Assembly: GCA_031291445.1 (NCBI GenBank)
Contig: JARLJA010000004.1
Coordinates: 2,754 to 66,753, forward strand
Source of the DNA: Xanthobacteraceae bacterium
GTDB taxonomy: Bacteria; Pseudomonadota; Alphaproteobacteria; Rhizobiales; Xanthobacteraceae
Direction: 5' to 3'
DNA length: 64,000 bases
Position numbers and translations under genes: made by a program. This document shows, piece by piece, positions 57,689 to 64,000 of this stretch. Numbering within the stretch: the first letter of the stretch is position 1; each line of letters begins with the position of its first letter. The notes beneath the pieces are model-generated. The model had not been told where the DNA came from, made no database searches, and worked only from the letters and a program-made list of their open reading frames with translations.

Positions 57689-59095
57689 ATGGGTAGGATG
57701 ATGGGAACGAAGCAACTTTGGCAGTTGAACGCCGTCGAAATGCTCAGCGCCTACGCGGCGCGTCGCCTTTCGCCGGTCGAGGTGATGGAAGCGATTCTGG
57801 CGCGCGCGGCTGCCGTGAATCCGGCGATCAACGCGCTGTTTCACATCGTGCCGGAAAGCGCGCTGGAGCAGGCGCGGGCTTCGGAGACGCGCTGGGCCGC
57901 AGGCTCGCCGACCGGGTTGCTCGACGGCGTGCCGGTATCGGTCAAGGACAGTATCGCCGTCGCCGGCATGCCCTATTGGCGCGGCAGCAAGGCCTACATG
58001 CAGAGGCCCAATCCGACCTACGATTCGCCGCCGGCTGCCCGCCTCAAGGAAGCCGGCGCGATCATCTTCGCCAAGACCACCATGCCGGACCTTGGCATGT
58101 TGGGCGCGGGCGTCAGCTCCGCGCACGGGATCACGCGAAATCCCTGGAACGTCGCCTTCAACACCGCCGGCTCGAGCAGTGGCGGAGCGGCGGCGGTGGC
58201 CGGCGGCATCGGGCCGCTCACCGTCGGCTCCGACATCGGCGGCTCCGTCAGGCTGCCGGCGGCGCTTTGCGGCCTGGCCTCGATCAAGCCGACGCAGGGC
58301 CGGATTCCCCATCTGCCGCCGAGCCCAATCCGTTCAGCCGGCCCGCTGGCCAGGACGGTTGAAGATACGGCGCTCTTGCTCTCCGTTCTCGCGCGACCCG
58401 ACGCGCGCGACTACGGCAGCCTGCCCCCGGAGCAGATCGCCTATCATGAACGTCTCGCCGACAGTGTCGCCGGCCTGAAGCTGGGGCTCTTCCTCGAGTC
58501 CGGTTTCGGCATGTCGGCGGAGCCGGCGGTTGTCGACGCGATCGAAACGGCCGCGGCCTGTCTTTCGGCAGCCGGGGCTGAAATCGTTCGCCTGCCGGCC
58601 CTGATCGACATCGACATATCTGCGGCGTTCAACCTGGTCTTCGCCGTGCGCACCCGCATCGAACTCGATGCCATGTCGCCGGACGCGCGCAGTGGCGTTC
58701 ACGCCGCGGTCCTGCAACTCGCCGCCTCGGCGGATAAGATCTCGGCGATCGAACTGGGACACGCCTACGACCAGATCGAACGTCTGAAAGCCGGAGTTAT
58801 CGCGGTCTCGGCGAAATTCGACTACCTCCTTTCGCCGGCGACGCCGGTCGTGAACTTTCCCGCTGAAGCGATCGCACCCGATCCCGACCAGCCGCTCGGC
58901 TGGGTCGGCTTTACGGCTGCGTTCAACCAGACCGGACAGCCCGCGGCCGTGGTCTGCTGTGGTTTCGACGCGCGTGGCCTGCCGATCGGACTCCAGATCA
59001 CCGGCAATCGTTTCGACGACCTTGGCGTCTTGAGTGTCGCCTCGGTCTACGAAGCGAGGCGCGGCTTCACCATCGAATGGCCTCACCTGTCGTAG
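57689..59095 (+). CDS. Amidase-signature family hydrolase
   Basis: GVPVSVKD, GSSSGG, GSDIGGSVRLPA, GLPIGLQ; start could be 57698 or 57701. Confidence 0.92.
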   Translation: MGRMMGTKQLWQLNAVEMLSAYAARRLSPVEVMEAILARAAAVNPAINALFHIVPESALEQARASETRWAAGSPTGLLDGVPVSVKDSIAVAGMPYWRGSKAYMQRPNPTYDSPPAARLKEAGAIIFAKTTMPDLGMLGAGVSSAHGITRNPWNVAFNTAGSSSGGAAAVAGGIGPLTVGSDIGGSVRLPAALCGLASIKPTQGRIPHLPPSPIRSAGPLARTVEDTALLLSVLARPDARDYGSLPPEQIAYHERLADSVAGLKLGLFLESGFGMSAEPAVVDAIETAAACLSAAGAEIVRLPALIDIDISAAFNLVFAVRTRIELDAMSPDARSGVHAAVLQLAASADKISAIELGHAYDQIERLKAGVIAVSAKFDYLLSPATPVVNFPAEAIAPDPDQPLGWVGFTAAFNQTGQPAAVVCCGFDARGLPIGLQITGNRFDDLGVLSVASVYEARRGFTIEWPHLS

Positions 59096-59180
59096 AGGCC
59101 CGTACGATATCTGCTCGGTCGGTGAGCCGATCGAGCAGCCTCACGACGACTCGGCGCCTGACCAGCTTCGGCTCTCAAAA

Positions 59181-59211
59181 CGAAACCCCAGCCACAAGGG
59201 CTGGGGTTTCG
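59181..59211. terminator. Stem-loop between convergent genes (probable bidirectional terminator)
   Basis: cgaaaccccagcc-acaag-ggctggggtttcg, 13-bp stem. Confidence 0.7.
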
Positions 59212-59246
59212 CAATCTGAGTTGGTTGCGGGCCGCGGGCGCGGACG

Positions 59247-59837
59247 TCAGACGACCCGGCAGACGTCCTCGAACGCCAGGCGCGGTCCTCTCGGCCACAG
59301 TTTCGTCCCGTCGCCATGCCCCAGCGTGCAGATGAAGTTCGATCTCCACGTGCCGTTCTGGAAGAAGGCTTCGTCGACCTTGGCGTTGTCGAAGCCGGAC
59401 ATCGGGCAGGCATCGAGGCCCAGGGCGCGCGCGGCAATGATCAGGTAGGCGCCCTGCATCGAGCTGTTCCTGAACGCCGTTTCCTGTCTGAGCTTGCGAT
59501 CTCCCGCGAACAGCGCAGTGGCGTCGTAGGCCGGGAACAGATCCTTGACGTGGTCGAAGAACCGCTCGTCGAACGCGACGATCGCGGTTACCGGGGCCGC
59601 GCGGACCTGCGCGACATTGGCCTCCATGAGCGCGGGATACAGCTTCTCCTTGCCGGCGTCGCTCTGAACGAAGACCAGCCTTGCGGGACCTGAATTCACC
59701 GAGGTGGGTCCCCACTTCATGATCTCATAGAGCGACTTCAGCTCGTCGGCCGACACCGGCCGATCCGTCCACGCGTGGTGGCTCCGTGCAGCCGTGAAGA
59801 TCTGCTCGACGGCCTCAAGCGATATGGGCTGACTCAT
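59247..59837 (-). CDS. RutE-like nitroreductase (malonic semialdehyde reductase family)
   Basis: FTAARSH, GPTSVNSGPARLVFV, RNSSMQGAY, GPRLAFE. Confidence 0.85.
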   Translation of the reverse strand: MSQPISLEAVEQIFTAARSHHAWTDRPVSADELKSLYEIMKWGPTSVNSGPARLVFVQSDAGKEKLYPALMEANVAQVRAAPVTAIVAFDERFFDHVKDLFPAYDATALFAGDRKLRQETAFRNSSMQGAYLIIAARALGLDACPMSGFDNAKVDEAFFQNGTWRSNFICTLGHGDGTKLWPRGPRLAFEDVCRVV

Positions 59838-60020
59838 GGCGGCTCCTGCGGTGACCTGGGGAACTCATAGCTCCACCAGATCGAGCCAAATAGGCCGCAA
59901 GCTCCAAGAATCCGGTCAAAAACGCCAGTGTTGAGCCGAAATCCCGCACGATCTATCCTGACGGCATTGCCCATGGTCGATCAGGTCGAGCGTCGGCCAT
60001 TTCGATTGCGAGGACGTGTG

Positions 60021-60956
60021 ATGGACGTGCTTGGAGACATCCTGAGGCTGCTTCGAACCGAAGGGCACATTCACGGTCGGCTGGAACTGCGGGGACCATT
60101 TGGCTTCAGCTTCCCGACCGAAGGCGGCCACTTCCTGATCGTCACCCGCGGCACCTGCTTTCTCACCATCGATGGCAAGGAGGCGGCGGCCCTGGAGGGC
60201 GGCGACTTCGTCTTCCTGCCGACGTCGAAGCCGTTCTCGCTGTCGAGTTCGGACGATGTCGAACACGTTCGGGATTTCAATGCTGACGAAGCTGAGAGCT
60301 ACGTAAGAACCGGCGTCATCGCATTCGATGGCGGCGCCGGAGCACGGGTTTCGCTGGTGTCCGGATGTTTCACCTTCCCTGCTCCCGAGAGTTATCTTCT
60401 CATCGAACATCTCCCCGCCGCCGTGTATTTGCAGGCGTCGGGGCCCCACGCGACGCCATGGACCAACGGCATCGTCCAATTGATCGTCCATGAAACGACG
60501 CATTCCGGATTGGGCGCGACGGCCGTCATCGACCGGCTGGCGGAGGTGTTGTTCGTCCATGCCCTTCGCGAGCATTTCGGAAGCGCGTGTCCGGACCGGA
60601 CCCCGAGCTGGCTGCGGGCGTTGACCGATCCGAGGATCGGCCCCTCGATCAGGAGCATTCATTCCGATCCGGGCCGCGGCTGGACCGTCGATGAGCTGGC
60701 GCGGTCGGCGGGGATGTCCAGGTCCGCGTTCGCCGCCAGGTTCAAGGCCGTGGCGGGGACGACGCCGCTCGAACACCTGACGCGATGGCGAATGGCGCGC
60801 GCGGCCGGCATGATGACGGGGACGAGACCCGCCAAGCTCGACGTCATCGCGGCCGCTGTCGGCTACGAGTCGGAGAGTTCGTTTCGAAAGGCCTTTCGCG
60901 AGGTCATGGGCGCCTCGCCATCCGAATACAGGGGGCGGGTTCCTGAATCACGCTAA
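60021..60956 (+). CDS. AraC family regulator (cupin_6 plus HTH)
   Basis: WTVDELARSAGMSRSAFAARF, VGYESESSFRKAF. Confidence 0.92.
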   Translation: MDVLGDILRLLRTEGHIHGRLELRGPFGFSFPTEGGHFLIVTRGTCFLTIDGKEAAALEGGDFVFLPTSKPFSLSSSDDVEHVRDFNADEAESYVRTGVIAFDGGAGARVSLVSGCFTFPAPESYLLIEHLPAAVYLQASGPHATPWTNGIVQLIVHETTHSGLGATAVIDRLAEVLFVHALREHFGSACPDRTPSWLRALTDPRIGPSIRSIHSDPGRGWTVDELARSAGMSRSAFAARFKAVAGTTPLEHLTRWRMARAAGMMTGTRPAKLDVIAAAVGYESESSFRKAFREVMGASPSEYRGRVPESR

Positions 60957-61058
60957 GCAACCTGCGGCCGAAGGCACGGTCCCTCCGCGCCACCCCGCCC
61001 GCGGCAAAATCGCCCGATCGGCGAAGGGACCGCGCGGCGGCGAACGAGCGGCCCGGAC

Positions 61059-61742
61059 TCAGGGAGCGGGCTGGTCGGCGCGCAGACCAGCCGGCGCCGC
61101 CGCGGACCGGGCGGCATCCCTGGCGTCGGCGCGCGGGGGCCGGCTGTCCCGGATCGACGCAAGGTATTGCCGGGTCGATCGGGTCAGCGCCTCGATGCCG
61201 CGCCTGGATCGGGCCCGGTTGGGCTTGGCCAGTTCCTGCAGGATCAGGCCGTCGACGCCGGCGAGCATGAAATGCGCCACAGCCCTGCACTCAGCGGCGG
61301 TGAGATCTTCCGTCCCCGCCGGCGCGCTCCGCAGCAGGTCGAGATAGAGCTGTACGTAGGCGTCGTACTGCCGTTCGGCCAGCCACGCGGCGCCTTCGCG
61401 CAGGGCGTAAAGCGTCAGCTCGTATTGCACGATCTGGAGCACGCGCGTCCGCATGATCCAGCGCCACGTCGCCTGCAGGATCTGCTCGACGCAGTTGCCC
61501 AGGTCCGTGCTGGTCCTGACCTCGTCGCGAAGGGCGCGGGTCATTTCGTCGATCAGGGATTCGAGCACCGCGAGCAGCAGCGAACTCTTGCTGTCGAAAT
61601 GGTAGTGCAGGGTCGCGAGCTGGACGCCCGCCTCCGCGGCGATCTTGCGCGTGGTCGCCCCCTGCACGCCGGTGGCGGACAGCGCGCGCACGGCGCCTTC
61701 GATGATCTGCGTCCGCGTCCGGTCGCCCTTGCCCTTGGCCAT
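61059..61742 (-). CDS. TetR family transcriptional regulator
   Basis: TTRKIAAEAGVQLATLHYHFDSK. Confidence 0.9.
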   Translation of the reverse strand: MAKGKGDRTRTQIIEGAVRALSATGVQGATTRKIAAEAGVQLATLHYHFDSKSSLLLAVLESLIDEMTRALRDEVRTSTDLGNCVEQILQATWRWIMRTRVLQIVQYELTLYALREGAAWLAERQYDAYVQLYLDLLRSAPAGTEDLTAAECRAVAHFMLAGVDGLILQELAKPNRARSRRGIEALTRSTRQYLASIRDSRPPRADARDAARSAAAPAGLRADQPAP

Positions 61743-61819
61743 GCGCCCATACATCCCCGTTTCGGCATCCGGTTGTCAATCCGCCCGGCGCCGGCAGCAC
61801 GGCTCGCCGGCCCCGCACC

Positions 61820-61860
61820 AAATTAAGTCAAATGACCAATTCTGGTCGCTTGACTAATTT
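61820..61860. promoter_or_regulatory. Long imperfect inverted repeat; probable TetR operator
   Basis: aaattaagtcaaatgacca...tggtcgcttgactaattt in the divergent tetR/aminotransferase gap. Confidence 0.65.
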
Positions 61861-61942
61861 CGGTGCCCCCGCGTAGTCTCGCCGGGATCGGGCTGCCGCG
61901 CTGGTGCTGCGGGCCCGCGCCATGTAGCGCTGGAGACCGAAG

Positions 61943-63316
61943 ATGTCCGTTGCCCCCCATCTCGCCAACGACCGGCTGACCAGGGACATCGTCTACCCCT
62001 TCGCCAATGCCAACTTCATGGCGAGGAATCCGCCGCTGTGCATCGAGGGCGGCGAGGACGTCTACGTGTTCGACGGCCGGGGCAAGCGCTATGTCGACGG
62101 TCAGGCCGGCCTCTGGAACGTGAACGTCGGCCACGGGCGGCCCGAGGTGAAGCAGGCGATCGTCGCGCAGCTCGACAAGCTCAGCTTCTATTCCATGTTC
62201 GGCAACACGACGACGGCGCCGTCGATCGAGCTCGCCGAGCTGATGTGCCGGCTGACGGCGAACGAGGAGATGAAGCGCGTCTTCTTCTCCTCCGGCGGCT
62301 CGGAAGCGGTCGAGGCGGCGATCAAGCTGGTGCGCCAGTTCTGGCGGCTGTCGGGACACCCCGGGCGCACCAAGTTCATTTCGCTGCGGCTCGGCTATCA
62401 CGGGGTCACGCTCGGCGCGCTCTCGCTCAACGGGCGCACGCCCTACCGCGAGCAGTACGAGCCCCTGCTTCCGGGCTTCTTCCAGATCGAGCCGCCCTAT
62501 CTCTATCGCAACCCGTTCACGTCGGATCCGATCGAACTCGGCAGGATCTGCGCGGAGCTGCTGGAACGCGAGATCGTCTATCAGGGGCCGGACAGCGTGG
62601 CGGCGTTCATCGCCGAGCCGATCCAGGGCGCGGGCGGCGTCATCGTTCCGCCGCCGAACTTCTGGCCGCTGGTGCGCGAGATCTGCGACCGGCACGGCGT
62701 GCTGCTGATCTCCGACGAGGTGGTCACGGGCTTCGGACGGTCGGGGAGCATGCTCGGCTGCCGCGCCTTCGGCGTGAAGCCCGACATCATGACCTTCGCC
62801 AAGGGCATCAACAGCGGCTACGTTCCGCTCGGCGCGACGATGATCAACGGGCGCGTCGCCGCGGCCTTCGAGTCCGACGACGACAACGAGTTCACCCCGC
62901 GCGCGTTCATGCACGGCAACACCTATTCGGGGCATCCGCTGGCTTGCGCCGCCGCGATCGCCAATCTCGGGATCGTCGAGCGCGAGAACCTGCCGGCCAA
63001 CGCCGCCGCTGTCGGCGGCTATCTTCTCCAGCGGCTCAACGCGATCGCCCCGCGCCATCCGAATATCGGCGACATCCGCGGCATGGGATTGATGATCGGG
63101 ATCGAGCTGGTCGCAAACAAGGCGACCCGGCGTCCGTTCGATCTGTCCGAACGGTTCGGCGCCCGCATCTGGGAGCGCTGTGTCGAGAACGGCGTGCTGA
63201 TCCGCAATCTGGCCGACACCTTCATCATCTCGCCGCCGCTGACCCTCAAGCGCGAGCATGCCGACGCGATTGTGGACGTGTTCGACGCGGCGATTTCGGC
63301 GGTGGAACGCGAATAG
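61943..63316 (+). CDS. Class III PLP aminotransferase (putrescine/omega-amine-type)
   Basis: GLWNVNVGHGR, GYHG, EPIQGAGG, DEVVTGFGRSG, FAKG, GNTYSGHP. Confidence 0.9.
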   Translation: MSVAPHLANDRLTRDIVYPFANANFMARNPPLCIEGGEDVYVFDGRGKRYVDGQAGLWNVNVGHGRPEVKQAIVAQLDKLSFYSMFGNTTTAPSIELAELMCRLTANEEMKRVFFSSGGSEAVEAAIKLVRQFWRLSGHPGRTKFISLRLGYHGVTLGALSLNGRTPYREQYEPLLPGFFQIEPPYLYRNPFTSDPIELGRICAELLEREIVYQGPDSVAAFIAEPIQGAGGVIVPPPNFWPLVREICDRHGVLLISDEVVTGFGRSGSMLGCRAFGVKPDIMTFAKGINSGYVPLGATMINGRVAAAFESDDDNEFTPRAFMHGNTYSGHPLACAAAIANLGIVERENLPANAAAVGGYLLQRLNAIAPRHPNIGDIRGMGLMIGIELVANKATRRPFDLSERFGARIWERCVENGVLIRNLADTFIISPPLTLKREHADAIVDVFDAAISAVERE

Positions 63317-63378
63317 CGGCGCACGGCCGGCCGGAAGTTGCGGGGGTGGTTTTCCGGATCTTCGGAGGGAGCTGAGAC

Positions 63379-64000
63379 ATGAGCACGGGCTGGCTTTGTC
63401 ACGAACTCTACATGTGGCACGATACGGGCGCTTCCGCGGGTATCCTGCCGCCGGGACTCACGGTCCAGCCGGGCACGCCCTACGAGAATCCGGAATCGAA
63501 GCGCCGCTTTCGCAACCTCGTCGAGGTCAGCGGACTGCTCGATCATCTGGTCCCGATCCGGCCGCGCCCCGCGACGGAAGACGAGGTCGCGCGCGTCCAT
63601 ACCCGCGCCCACATCGAGAAGATCAAGTCCATGAGCGCGGCGGGCGGCGGTGACGCGAGCACTCTCTCGCCGTTCGGCCAGGGGAGTTACGAGATCGCGC
63701 TGCTGTCGGCCGGCGGCGTCATCGCCGCCGTCGACGCGGTCGTGCGGGGCGAGGTGTCCAACGCCTACGCGCTGGTTCGCCCGCCCGGTCATCATGCGAT
63801 GCCGGATCTCGGGATGGGTTTCTGTCTGTTCGGCAACGTCGGCATCGCCATACGCCATGCCCAGGAGACCCACGGGCTCACGCGGGTGGCGACGGTCGAT
63901 TGGGACGTCCACCACGGCAACGGGACCCAGGCCATCTTCTACGAGGATCCCCGCGTCCTGACGATCTCGCTGCATCAGGACAATCTCTTCCCGCCCAATT
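63379..64000 (+). CDS. Class II histone-deacetylase-family amidohydrolase, truncated at the window end and absent from the ORF track
   Basis: Hand translation: MSTGWLCHELYMWHDTG...RPPGHHA...GFCLFGN...DWDVHHGNGTQ; ggaggg RBS. Confidence 0.88.
   Translation, partial: MSTGWLCHELYMWHDTGASAGILPPGLTVQPGTPYENPESKRRFRNLVEVSGLLDHLVPIRPRPATEDEVARVHTRAHIEKIKSMSAAGGGDASTLSPFGQGSYEIALLSAGGVIAAVDAVVRGEVSNAYALVRPPGHHAMPDLGMGFCLFGNVGIAIRHAQETHGLTRVATVDWDVHHGNGTQAIFYEDPRVLTISLHQDNLFPPN

Noticed and set aside
61943-63316. Class III aminotransferase acting as a phospho-lyase partner of the kinases (HYKK/PHYKPL-type route)
   Set aside because: It lies 4.4 kb away behind unrelated genes, has its own TetR operator and is coupled to a deacetylase; no sequence evidence for the link.
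1-64000. CRISPR arrays, tRNA or rRNA genes, integrases, prophage genes
   Set aside because: No regularly spaced repeats, cloverleaf or rRNA signatures, or recombinase/phage motifs were recognised.

Overview
GC-rich alphaproteobacterial chromosomal window. Gene content and REP families suggest Hyphomicrobiales, Nitrobacteraceae/Xanthobacteraceae-like (inference). In order: (1) a polyamine locus with a long speF-type leader, ornithine decarboxylase, GNAT, RidA, CDF and homospermidine synthase; (2) mgtC and a Zur-boxed zinc-uptake operon (His-rich 60-aa peptide, ABC transporter, COG0523 GTPase, WD40 protein); (3) crcB, sodB, GNAT/MATE, DUF3095, DUF2147, a small basic HTH protein, MAPEG and an acyl-CoA dehydrogenase; (4) an RND efflux plus two-component operon that shares a 22-bp operator-like motif with a small secreted His/Cys protein; (5) an MFS-RidA-MOSC-PDR reductase operon with a sigma54 promoter next to an XRE-cupin regulator; (6) an AT-richer, transposase-free cassette with IS1595-like ends, carrying a DUF433/PIN toxin-antitoxin pair, inserted into a REP palindrome; (7) gluconolactonase, an intact patatin and a patatin relic, nitrilase/LysR and yjcH-actP; (8) an ~11.4-kb minus-strand unit with a degenerate plus an intact choline/ethanolamine-kinase-like pair, a Tat-exported ABC importer, DeoR, an IMPase/HisN-like phosphatase and eutBC, with a divergent amidase; (9) RutE-like/AraC, TetR, a class III aminotransferase and a truncated class II HDAC-family deacetylase. 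The best candidates for an undescribed system are (8), (5), (6) and a putative Arg-rich leader peptide upstream of speF. All family assignments come from motif recognition; no database searches were run.
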